Part shown: piece by piece, positions 30,204 to 38,891 of the stretch | How the letters are laid out: every line of letters begins with the position of its first letter | Position numbering within the stretch: the stretch's first letter is position 1 | Assembly (NCBI GenBank): GCA_963771355.1 | Contig: CAVYTA010000006.1 | Location: 1,792,001-1,856,000 of the forward strand | Direction: 5' to 3' | DNA length: 64,000 nt | DNA from: an uncultured Candidatus Rokubacteria bacterium | GTDB taxonomy: Bacteria > Methylomirabilota > Methylomirabilia > Rokubacteriales > CSP1-6 | Notes under the pieces: generated by a model | Seen by the model: only the letters and a program-made list of their open reading frames with translations | What the model was told of the DNA's origin: nothing | Database searches by the model: none | Made by a program: the position numbers and the translations under genes

Positions 30204-31097
30204 TCAGCCGCGCAGCCGCAGCGCGCCCGCGCAGACGGTGACCTCGAAGGGCGAGGCGCCCCAGGGCTCGCCGTCCAGCTGCAGCGGTACCGGCGCGTCG
30301 CTCGTGACCGCCACCGAGCGCGCGCGTTCCCGCGTGACACGCGGATGGCGGAGGTGGCCGCCCCAGTACAGCGTGGGAAGCCAGCAGGTCAGCTCCACGC
30401 GGCTCAGCACCCCCAGCACCACCAGGTCCAGCATTCCGTCGGTGGCATCGGCGCCCGGCGCCACCCGCATGCCGCCGCCGAAACAGGGCCCGTTGGCGAT
30501 GACCACTCCGGTGACCGACCGCGGGCGCGCGGGGGCCCCGTCCACGGACAGGCTCAGCGTCCAGGGTCGATGCGCGCGAAGGCTGGCCGCCACCGCACGG
30601 AGATAGGGCACGGAGCCCCGCCCCGGCGTGGACGCCGCGCGCGCGGCCACCACCGCGTCGAATCCCGCGCCGGCAACGGTCAGGAAGAAGCGCTGGCGGT
30701 TGTCGCGGCGCACGAGGCCCAGATCGCGCCGAGTCTCGCCCCCGTGCACGAGGCGCGCGGCGGCACGGCCGGGATCGCGGGGCAGCCCCAGCGTTCGCGC
30801 CGCATCACGCCCGCGGCCGGTGAGAAGCGCGCCGACGGCGGCGAGCGGGCGGCCGTCCTCGCCGGTGACTCCATTGATGACTTCGTTGAGGGTCCCGTCT
30901 CCGCCCACGGCGACGATCAGCTCCGCGCCCGCCGCCACCGCGGCCGCCGCCAGAACCCGGCCGTCGCCGGGAGCGCGCGTCTGCACGTGATCGCACGGCA
31001 GGCCGAGACGGCGCAGGCGGTCGCGAAGATCCGGCCAGAGACGCGCGGTACGCCCGCCGCCCGCGACGGGATTGACGACGGCGAGCGCGCGCGTCAG
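30204..31097 (-). CDS. Diacylglycerol/lipid kinase family protein (probable CTG start)
   Basis: The N-terminal VVNPVAGGG motif lies upstream of the called start. Also GGDGTLNEV and QLDGE motifs. Confidence 0.85.
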   Translation of the reverse strand: MTRALAVVNPVAGGGRTARLWPDLRDRLRRLGLPCDHVQTRAPGDGRVLAAAAVAAGAELIVAVGGDGTLNEVINGVTGEDGRPLAAVGALLTGRGRDAARTLGLPRDPGRAAARLVHGGETRRDLGLVRRDNRQRFFLTVAGAGFDAVVAARAASTPGRGSVPYLRAVAASLRAHRPWTLSLSVDGAPARPRSVTGVVIANGPCFGGGMRVAPGADATDGMLDLVVLGVLSRVELTCWLPTLYWGGHLRHPRVTRERARSVAVTSDAPVPLQLDGEPWGASPFEVTVCAGALRLRG

Positions 31098-31768
31098 TCG
31101 CGGCCGCCGCCCATCGCGCGGAGGAAATCGGTCATGGACGGAAAGCGCATCATCGGGTTCCCGCGCTTCTCGTCGCCGATGGTGGTGTGGGAGCCGCCGT
31201 AGTTGTGTCCCGGCAGGACCACGGTGGCATCCGGGAGCGCGCCGAGCCGCTGGGTGAGCGACCGGTACATTTCCGACGGATCACTGCCGGGCAGATCGGT
31301 CCGGCCGCACGAGCGAATGAACAGCGTGTCACCGGAGACGAGGCGCCCGTCCACGAGGAAGCACTGGGAGCCGGGCGTGTGGCCGGGAGTATGGATGAAG
31401 GTCAGTGGAACATTGCCCACCGCGAGCGTGTCGCCGCCTTCGACCTTCACGAGATCCGAGCCGAAGCCTCGGAGGAACTCGCGCTCCGCCTTGTGCACGT
31501 GCACCTTGGCGGGGTTCTTCTCGAGGAGCTCCGCCACTCCGGGGATATCGTGGCCGAAGAGGTGGCCGCCGACATGATCTTGATGCGTATGGGTGATGAG
31601 CACGTCGCGGATCCGCATGTCGTCGGCGGCCGCCTCCGCGAGGATGGCGTCGATCTCCCAGGCGGGGTCGACCACCACGCACTCCCGCGTCTCGGGATCG
31701 CCGATCAGGTACACGAAGTTCTGCATGGGCCCGAGCTCGAGCTGCTTGATGTAGACGCCGGTGCTCAT
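31094..31768 (-). CDS. MBL-fold metallo-hydrolase (glyoxalase II/persulfide dioxygenase-like)
   Basis: THTHQDH, TPGHTPG, GDTLF, GRTDL and PGHNY motifs. Confidence 0.88.
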   Translation of the reverse strand: MSTGVYIKQLELGPMQNFVYLIGDPETRECVVVDPAWEIDAILAEAAADDMRIRDVLITHTHQDHVGGHLFGHDIPGVAELLEKNPAKVHVHKAEREFLRGFGSDLVKVEGGDTLAVGNVPLTFIHTPGHTPGSQCFLVDGRLVSGDTLFIRSCGRTDLPGSDPSEMYRSLTQRLGALPDATVVLPGHNYGGSHTTIGDEKRGNPMMRFPSMTDFLRAMGGGRD

Positions 31769-31777
31769 GGCCCCATG

Positions 31778-32326
31778 CTAGCGCAGTTCCAGCACCGCTT
31801 CGAGGAGGCGGCGCGCGGCCGGGCTCGTCCAGTCGTGCCCGCCGACCAGCCGGGCCAGCAGCCGGCCCTGCCGATCCACCACGTAGGCGGTGGGCGGCCC
31901 CCAGACCCCGTAGAGGCGGCCGGTGACGTCCCCGCTCGCGTCCAGGAGCACGGGCGCCACGTAGCCGCGCTCGCGGGCGACGCGCTTCACCAAAGCCGCA
32001 TCCTCGCGGAAGCTCACCAGCAGCACCGCGAGGCCCTTCTTCTCGAGCTCAGCGTAGAGCCGATTGACGGGAGGCAACTCCTCCCGGCAAGTCGTTCACC
32101 AGGTGGCCCAGAAGAAGACGAGGGTGACCTTGCCACGCAAATCGGCCAGCGCCACCGGTCGCCCGTCGAGATCGGGCAGGCTGAACTCCGGCGCGGGCTT
32201 GGGCGGCTCATAGGGCACTGCCTTGAACGACGCCCAGTCGGGCCCGGCGGCGGTTGCCGGCGGGGCGGCGGCCGCAAGGCCCAGCAAGAGGCCGATGATC
32301 AGGCCCCACCGGGGGCCCGACATCAT
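31778..32326 (-). CDS. TlpA-like thioredoxin selenoprotein (UxxC), exported
   Basis: Reads [17 protein letters not shown], with the in-frame TGA at 32096-32098 at the first Cys of the WCxxC motif. Both flanks are TlpA-like. Signal peptide present. Confidence 0.88.
32061..32094 (-). promoter_or_regulatory. Putative bacterial SECIS hairpin of the TlpA-like gene
   Basis: Immediately 3' of the UGA: CGA-c-UUG-c-CGGGAGG[AGUUG]CCUCCCG-u-CAA-UCG. The apical loop starts 16 nt after the UGA. Confidence 0.7.
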
Positions 32327-32874
32327 GCGCCCGAATCCTTGAGCGCCTTGAGCACCTCCTCGGGCTTGAGGAGATCGAGGGCATTGGTCTGGATCTTCAT
32401 GTAGCGGACCACCCCGTCCTTGTCGAGGATGAAGTAGGCGCGCTTCGCGTACCGGAAGATGGGGCTCTTGTCGTCGGTGACGAGGGCGTCGTACGCGGGC
32501 AGCATCTGTCGGCGGAAGTCGGAGAGCAGTAGGTGCTTCGTCTTGTTGGCGTTCGCGAAAGCTTCGAGAGTGGCGGCGTGGTCGGCGCTGACGCCCACGA
32601 CCTGGGCGTTGGCGGCCTCGAAGGCGGGGAGAGTCGCCTCGAAGCCGTTGATCTCCTCCGTTCAGGTCTTGGTGAAGGCCTGGATGAAGGTGTAGAGCAC
32701 CACCGGTCCCTTGCCGAGCAGGTCCGAGAGCTTGACCGTCTTGCCTCCGGGCGCCGCCAGGGTGAAGTCCGGCGCCTTCTGACCGACCTCGAGGGCGGGC
32801 GCGGCGGTGACCAGCCCGAGGACGAGCGCTCCTGCCGCGAGCGAGATGCCGAGCGTGGTGAACACGGACTTCAT
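32323..32874 (-). CDS. Peroxiredoxin (AhpC/TSA-like) selenoprotein, exported
   Basis: [10 protein letters not shown]...QAFTKT-UGA-TEE, with the TGA at 32662-32664 in the peroxidatic TxxC position. The frame continues with GVSAD, LLSD and KRAYFILD. Confidence 0.88.
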
Positions 32875-32933
32875 GTGAACCTCCTGGTGAGCTGCGGGGT
32901 GAAGGAAGCGGCCGTACCCGCTGCCGCGTCCCG

Positions 32934-33509
32934 TCAAGGAACCCAGTAGCCGCTGATCCAGTACGGCTGGTAGTAGCCGCTTTGCACGACCTGGGCCGCG
33001 TGATAGCCCGCCACCCAGACGCCGTCCTTGTCGTAGTACCCCGGCACCCAGACGCTGGTGGCCTGGCCCTGTGGAACCCAGGTATAGGCCCAGTAGCCGG
33101 GGACCCAGTGGCCATAGGAGGGGGACGTGACATACGGGACCGCGAGAGCGGGAGGCGCCCAGAGGAATGGCTTCTGGGCATGCGGCACGTGGTTGAAGGA
33201 CCCGCTGTGGTTGAAGGGCGCGCTGTAGAAGAACCGCGGTTGATGCACGACATTGGGAGGAGTGCTGACCACCGTCGGGGGGGCGGGCCGGAAGTGGGGC
33301 CGGTGATGCCCCGAGGGTCCCGCGCTCCCGCCCGGGGAAGGCGATCCGCCGCCCATCCGCAGCGTCTGAGCCGAGGCCGGCGCCGCGCCCAGGCCCAGGC
33401 TGCCCACCCACAGGGTCGCGAGCAGGGCGAGGGCCGAGAGGGCCATGGTGGTGAATGGGGCGGGCGGGTGAGCGCCTCGGCCTGGCGCGATCGCGATCGG
33501 CTGACTCAT
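32934..33509 (-). CDS. Hypothetical secreted protein with Trp/Tyr-rich WVxGY repeats
   Basis: AAGGAG RBS, hydrophobic signal-like segment, Pro/His-rich linker and repeated WVPGY(W/Y). Confidence 0.65.
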   Translation of the reverse strand: MSQPIAIAPGRGAHPPAPFTTMALSALALLATLWVGSLGLGAAPASAQTLRMGGGSPSPGGSAGPSGHHRPHFRPAPPTVVSTPPNVVHQPRFFYSAPFNHSGSFNHVPHAQKPFLWAPPALAVPYVTSPSYGHWVPGYWAYTWVPQGQATSVWVPGYYDKDGVWVAGYHAAQVVQSGYYQPYWISGYWVP

Positions 33510-33529
33510 CGCGCTCTCCTTCCCCGCGT

Positions 33530-33555
33530 AACGCGGCGGGGGACCGTCAGGTTCC
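33530..33555 (-). promoter_or_regulatory. Putative ECF sigma factor promoter
   Basis: GGAAC-N17-CGTT on the minus strand, about 20 nt upstream of ATG 33509. Confidence 0.55.
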
Positions 33556-33558
33556 CCG

Positions 33559-35331
33559 CTAGCCCGGGATCTCGCCGGGCGCCTTCTGAAGGTCCCGGAT
33601 CAGTCTGGAGTCTACCGCATAGACGGTTGGCGAGGTCTTGAGCTTCACGTAGGTCTGCGGCCCCTCGGACTTGCCCACCAGGAGGCCCGCGATCTCGCCA
33701 CCGTCGGCCTTGAGGAGGGTGACTTCCAGCTCGGGCTTGTCGAGACCGAAGCGCGCCACGTCGTCGCCCTTGGGGGAGACGATGGACTTCCAGCGCAGCG
33801 CCTTGAGCGAGAGGAGGAGATCGGCCACCCGCCGCTCCTTGGTGCCACCGCGCTTGGGCTCCACCACCTGCCAGTCGCTCTCTCCCTTACGCTCGACGAC
33901 GAGGGGGGCACCGCCGGACACCACGCGCGCCCGCTTGACGTCGCTCATCTCGAAGGCGGGGAGGAGGCTCTTGTCGCGGAGGTCGTCGGCCCCACGCGCG
34001 AGGTCGTCGAGGACCTTGCCGTCCACCAGGACCACGGGGCCACGTCCCTCCACCGCCGCCAGCGCGGCGGGTTGCCCGCCGCGCGTCTCTCGCGACGCGG
34101 CCAGGAGGAGGACTTGGGGCTCCTTGGCCCCTTCCTCCCACAATCGCACTGTCACCTCGGGCTTCGGCAGGAGGCGCGGAATGGCCGCCGCGTCCTCGGC
34201 GAGGAATCCACTGGCGCGCAGGTCGCGGATCCTCCACAGCACGCCGTTGACGGCCCCGGTGTCGGCCTTGAGGGCCTCCGGGGCGGTGATCTTCCAGCCG
34301 ATCCCGTCGCGCTCGAGCGTGAGGGGACCGCGCGGCCCCGCGAGCTCCACCCGGCTGACCTTGTCGTACTGATACGCGAGGACCACCTTGTCGCGGAGCA
34401 CGCCCATCGTCTTGGGGACCGCGGCCCAGAGCTCTTCGCCCACCAGCATGACGCCGGGCTCCCCGGAGCGCATCACGTAGACGCCCTTCTTGCCCTTGTC
34501 CTCCCGGCCGAACAGGAGACTTCGCGACGCCCGCTCCTTGTCCTTGCCGATCCACAGGGTGACCGTGGTGGGATGATCGAGGCCGTAAGGCGCCAGCGAC
34601 CGCGGCGCATCCTCCACGAACTCCTTGGCCTTGGCTCCATCGAGCTTCTCGAGGAAGTCGGCCACCACGTCGGGATCGGCGGGCAGGACGCGCGGCTTGG
34701 TGAGGCGCCACTTCCCCGCTTCCGCGCTCTCCAGCGTGAGTGCTTCTCCAGAGAGCTGTAGGTCCACCTGCCCCACCCCCTTGCGGTCGAAGGCGAGCAC
34801 GGTGCGGTCACGCAGCTCGGTCACCGGCTTGGCGAGGTCGCGGGCCACGACCTCGGACAGGGCGACCACCGCCGGCTTGCCCGACTCCTTGGCGAAGAGC
34901 CAGGCGCCGGTCGGGCTCTTGGCGCCCACCAGCAGCGCCAGCGGCGCGCGCCCCTTCACTTCCAGCGTCACCTCGATCTCGGGCGGCGCCAGCCCGAACT
35001 CGTCGAGCTTTCCGGGCGTCGCGGCCACCTCGCGGTCCACCCGCGCGGTGACCAGCGTGGTGACGATGCCGTCGACCGCGCCGCGGTCGGCGCGCGTCTT
35101 CACCGGCTCGAGCAGCTCCCAGCCCGTGTCGGTGCGCCGGATCCGCACCGTCTCCCCCTTGCGCTTGACGGTCAGGGACTCGACATCCTTGGGCTCCACC
35201 TCCCAGAGGCGGCCCTTGACGGAGTCCTTCTTCTCGCGGGCGGGCTCGAGCCAGTAGGTGTCGTAGTAGAAGAAGCCGCCGAGCCCCGCGACGAGGAGGG
35301 CGAGCACGACGAGAGTCTTCCCGCTCATCAT
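33559..35331 (-). CDS. DUF4340 domain-containing protein
   Basis: N-terminal TM and three repeats with W..P..AD, (F/Y)GL..P and LRD(K/R) motifs. Confidence 0.8.
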   Translation of the reverse strand: MMSGKTLVVLALLVAGLGGFFYYDTYWLEPAREKKDSVKGRLWEVEPKDVESLTVKRKGETVRIRRTDTGWELLEPVKTRADRGAVDGIVTTLVTARVDREVAATPGKLDEFGLAPPEIEVTLEVKGRAPLALLVGAKSPTGAWLFAKESGKPAVVALSEVVARDLAKPVTELRDRTVLAFDRKGVGQVDLQLSGEALTLESAEAGKWRLTKPRVLPADPDVVADFLEKLDGAKAKEFVEDAPRSLAPYGLDHPTTVTLWIGKDKERASRSLLFGREDKGKKGVYVMRSGEPGVMLVGEELWAAVPKTMGVLRDKVVLAYQYDKVSRVELAGPRGPLTLERDGIGWKITAPEALKADTGAVNGVLWRIRDLRASGFLAEDAAAIPRLLPKPEVTVRLWEEGAKEPQVLLLAASRETRGGQPAALAAVEGRGPVVLVDGKVLDDLARGADDLRDKSLLPAFEMSDVKRARVVSGGAPLVVERKGESDWQVVEPKRGGTKERRVADLLLSLKALRWKSIVSPKGDDVARFGLDKPELEVTLLKADGGEIAGLLVGKSEGPQTYVKLKTSPTVYAVDSRLIRDLQKAPGEIPG

Positions 35332-35340
35332 CCGGGTCGG

Positions 35341-36995
35341 CTACCTCGAGCGGCGGCGGCGGCCGACGACGGCGAGTATCCCCACGAGGACGACGGCCCC
35401 GGGCAGGATGGCGACCGGGAGCCACAGGACGAGCTCGGCCTGGGGCGGCGACAGCACGATGGGATTCGACTTCGTGTCGCGCGCGCGCACGGAGATCTGG
35501 CTCTCGTCCTCGGCCAGCCACGAGACCACGTTCAGGAAGAAATCGCGGTTGCCCTGGGCGCCCAGGAACTGGTTGGACGCGAGGTTCGCGGTGCCGATCA
35601 CCACCAGGCGCGCCTTGGCGGGCTTCTTGGCGGCGTCGGGGGCGTCGCCGTCCTTGGGAGCGGCGGGGGGGCGGCGGGCGCGGCCGGGGCGCCCGGAGTG
35701 GCGGCCGCCGGCGTGGGCGTCGCCGCGTCCACGATGGCGACGGCGGCCACCGGCAGCGGCCCCGGCTTATCGGATGGGTCGGCCTTGGCCTCACCGCGCT
35801 GCAGCGCGTTCTTGTCCGTCTCTCCCCACGACTGCGCGCTGGTCCGCGCCAGTGCCTGGACGGTGGTGCCCTTGGCGGGGGCCTTGGTCACGTCGACCGA
35901 GCGCGAGAGCGGGAACAAGGTCATGAGCCCGCCCAGGTCCCGCGTGATCGGGTGCGGCTCGTACTGGGTGACCACCGGGACCTCGGGGCCGAGCCCGAAG
36001 GCGCGCCCGATGGGGTTGAGCTCGACCACGAGGTCGTCCCCCACCTCGAACCCGTACCGGGCGAGGTACTTGCGCAGCCCATCGGCCTGGAAGGGCGCGA
36101 GCATGAAGAAGGCCTTGCCTCCCCCGCCGATGAAGCCGTCCAGCGCCGCCAGCTCGGGGGCCAGCAGATCGGTCTTGGGCCCCGCCACGATGATGATGGC
36201 GGCGTCCGCGGGCACGGTGGGGTCGCGCGCGAGGGTGAGCTCCTTCACCTCGTAGTTGGCCTTCTCCATCTGCTCCTTGGCCTGGCTGAACCCGGGACGC
36301 TCGGTATTGGCGGCATCGCTCTCGCCGTGTCCCTTGAGGAGATAGATCACGCGCTTGGCGTCGCGGGTGAGCTTGAGCAGGCCGTTGGTGATGCGCTCCT
36401 CGTCGGCGTCGAGCACTTTCTCGGACTTGGCGGCACCCTTGTCACCCACCTTGTCGCGGCGCTCGAGGATGACGGTGCCGTAGGTGTCCACCCCGTAGCG
36501 CTGGGCGAGGCCGGGCGAGCGATCCGGGTCCTCCATGCGCCACGTGAACTTGCCGTTCGAGTAGGAGGCGTAGAGCTTGAGGAGGTCCTCGGCGGTACGC
36601 CGGCCGGGAGTGTCGCCGCGGAAGAAGGCGATGGCCTCCACTGGACCGGGCAGCGAGCCCAGGACCTTGATGCTCTGCGGCGAGAGGCTCTGGCGGCGGT
36701 TCTCGGTGAGATCCCACCGGGCATTGTGGCGCACGGAGAGCGCGTTGGCGAGGACGGCGACCCCGAGGGCCAGCACGATCAGCACCGCCGCCCCCGCGCC
36801 GTAGCGCGCCGCCCGCCGCCCGGAGGCCGCGCGGAGGGCGCCCGCGTTCAGGACGAGAGAAGTCAGGAGCAGCAGGCCGCCGGCGATGAGCAGCGCCCAC
36901 CGGAAGCGGGTGAGCCAGGGCACCAGGCGCCAGACGGCCAGGGAGCCGACCAGGCACACCAGCGCGGCGGGGAAGACCCAGCGTCGGAGGCTCAC
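35341..36995 (-). CDS. GldG-like ABC-associated membrane protein (frameshift in G run 35665-35671)
   Basis: RWDLT...SLSPQS, GHGE and HPIT motifs. The C-terminal GNRDFFLN..WL and TM helix are in a shifted frame. Confidence 0.82.
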
Positions 36996-36999
36996 CGGA

Positions 37000-37767
37000 C
37001 TATCCCCTCCACCGCTTCGCGTCGAGCGCCCGGAGGGTGAGGAAGAGCGCGAAGGCCGTCACCGTGAGGTAATAGACGATGTCCTTGGTGTCGAGAACAC
37101 CCTTCCCGAAGCTGTCCATGTGCTCGATGATCGAGAGGTACTGCAACACCGTGCGCACCCAGCCTCCCGCCGCGTCCGCGCCCCACCCGATGAGCCAGAA
37201 GCCCAGCAGCGCGCCGAAGGTGGCGGAGCCGGCCACGATCTGGTTCTCGGTGAGCGAGGAGATGAAGACACCCACCGCGAGAAATGCGGCGCCGAGCAGG
37301 AAGAGACCGAGATAGCCGGTGAGGATGGCGCCCCACTCGATGCGCCCGAAGGCGGCCATGAGGCCCGGATAGGTGAGGGTGAGGAGGAGCAGGAGGCCGT
37401 AGACCGCGCCGGCGGCGAGGAACTTGCCCGCCAGCACCTCGCCGTCACGCACCGGATAGGTCAGCAGCAGCTCGATGGTGCCGGATTTCTTCTCCTCGGC
37501 GAAGAGCCGCATGGTGAGCATGGGCATGAAGAAGAGCAGGACCACGCTCATGTTGGAGAAGAGCGGCCGCATGACGTTCTCGGTGGGATTGAGGTTCTGC
37601 GCCGCCCCCGGCTGCATGAACGCGCGCATGGACAGCTCGCTGTAGATGAGGAAGATCTGCGCGAACATCCAGCCCGTCACCAGGAGGAACAGCGCGAGGA
37701 AGGCATACGCCACCGGCGAGCCGAAGTACAACCGCATCTCCTTCTTGAAGATGGGCAGCCAGCGCAT
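37000..37767 (-). CDS. ABC-2 type permease (GldF-like)
   Basis: KE...YFxSPVAY, TMRLFAEEKKSGTIELLLT and TENQIVA motifs. Confidence 0.88.
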   Translation of the reverse strand: MRWLPIFKKEMRLYFGSPVAYAFLALFLLVTGWMFAQIFLIYSELSMRAFMQPGAAQNLNPTENVMRPLFSNMSVVLLFFMPMLTMRLFAEEKKSGTIELLLTYPVRDGEVLAGKFLAAGAVYGLLLLLTLTYPGLMAAFGRIEWGAILTGYLGLFLLGAAFLAVGVFISSLTENQIVAGSATFGALLGFWLIGWGADAAGGWVRTVLQYLSIIEHMDSFGKGVLDTKDIVYYLTVTAFALFLTLRALDAKRWRG

Positions 37768-38768
37768 CAGGCGGTCGCCCCCGGCGCCGGTGCGGCCGAG
37801 GCCCCCAGGTCAGGGACCGCGGCGACCTCGCCGTGCTCCTCGCCGGCGACGACCCGGATGAAGACCTCCTCGAGGCTCATGCCGACCTGATGGAGCTCGA
37901 GCAGGCGCCACCCCCGCGCGGCCACCAGCTGGACCACCTCGCCCCGCACATCGCGCCCCCGCGGCGACTCCACCAGGAACCGCCCGGTGCCGTCCGCCCC
38001 GGAGAGATCCTCCACGCGGAGGATCCCGCCGATGCCGCGGAGGGCCGCTCCCACCGCCTCGCGCGGAGCGCCGATCTCGATCTCGATGCGCGCGGTCGGG
38101 AACACCTGCTCCACGAGCTGCGCCTGAGTGCCCTGGGCCACCACGCGGCCGCGATTGATGATCACCACCCCGTCGCAGACCATCGAGACCTCGGGAAGGA
38201 TGTGGGTCGAGAGGATGACGGTGTGCTGGCCGGCCAGGGACCGGATGAGGGCGCGGATCTCGGCGATCTGCTGCGGGTCGAGGCCGATGGTGGGCTCGTC
38301 GAGGATCAGCACCTCGGGGTCACCCAGCAGCGCCTGGGCCAGGCCCACCCGCTGACGATAGCCCTTGGAGAGCTTGCTGATGAGGCGGCGCTGCATATCG
38401 GTGATGAAGCAGCGGGCCATCACGTCGGCCACCCGCGCCTTGCGCTCGCCACGCGACACGCCCTTGATCTCGGCCACGAACTCCAGATAGGAGCCGACCG
38501 CCAGGTCTCCGTACAGGGGCGCGTGCTCGGGCAGGTACCCGATGCGGCGGCGCACCTCCATGGACTGGGAGAACACGTCGAAGCCCGCCACCCGCGCGCT
38601 ACCGCCCGAGGCCGGCATGAAGCACGAGAGGATTTTCATGGTTGTGGACTTTCCGGCACCATTGGGGCCCAGAAAACCGACGATCTGGCCTTTGTCCACG
38701 TTGAAGGACACGTCCGACACGGCCGTGATGAGGCCATATCGCTTGGTCAGGTGGTCGACTTGGATCAT
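37767..38768 (-). CDS. ABC transporter ATP-binding protein (GldA-like)
   Basis: GPNGAGKST, LSKGYRQR, ILDEPT and STHIL motifs. Confidence 0.9.
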   Translation of the reverse strand: MIQVDHLTKRYGLITAVSDVSFNVDKGQIVGFLGPNGAGKSTTMKILSCFMPASGGSARVAGFDVFSQSMEVRRRIGYLPEHAPLYGDLAVGSYLEFVAEIKGVSRGERKARVADVMARCFITDMQRRLISKLSKGYRQRVGLAQALLGDPEVLILDEPTIGLDPQQIAEIRALIRSLAGQHTVILSTHILPEVSMVCDGVVIINRGRVVAQGTQAQLVEQVFPTARIEIEIGAPREAVGAALRGIGGILRVEDLSGADGTGRFLVESPRGRDVRGEVVQLVAARGWRLLELHQVGMSLEEVFIRVVAGEEHGEVAAVPDLGASAAPAPGATA

Positions 38769-38891
38769 GGGGGGGTTCGTTTGGCTCGCGCGCGACCGCC
38801 AGTATACCATACGGTCCGCGGAGTTCCGGGGGCCCCCTCCTCGCGCTGGCATCAATTCCGCCCTCGTGAGAAAATAGGCACGGTGACGGAG

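Noticed and set aside
32096..32664. Reading the Prx and TlpA genes as pseudogenes with nonsense mutations
   Set aside because: Both stops are TGA, both fall exactly on the catalytic Cys position, and a SECIS-like hairpin follows at least one. Selenocysteine is the simpler explanation.
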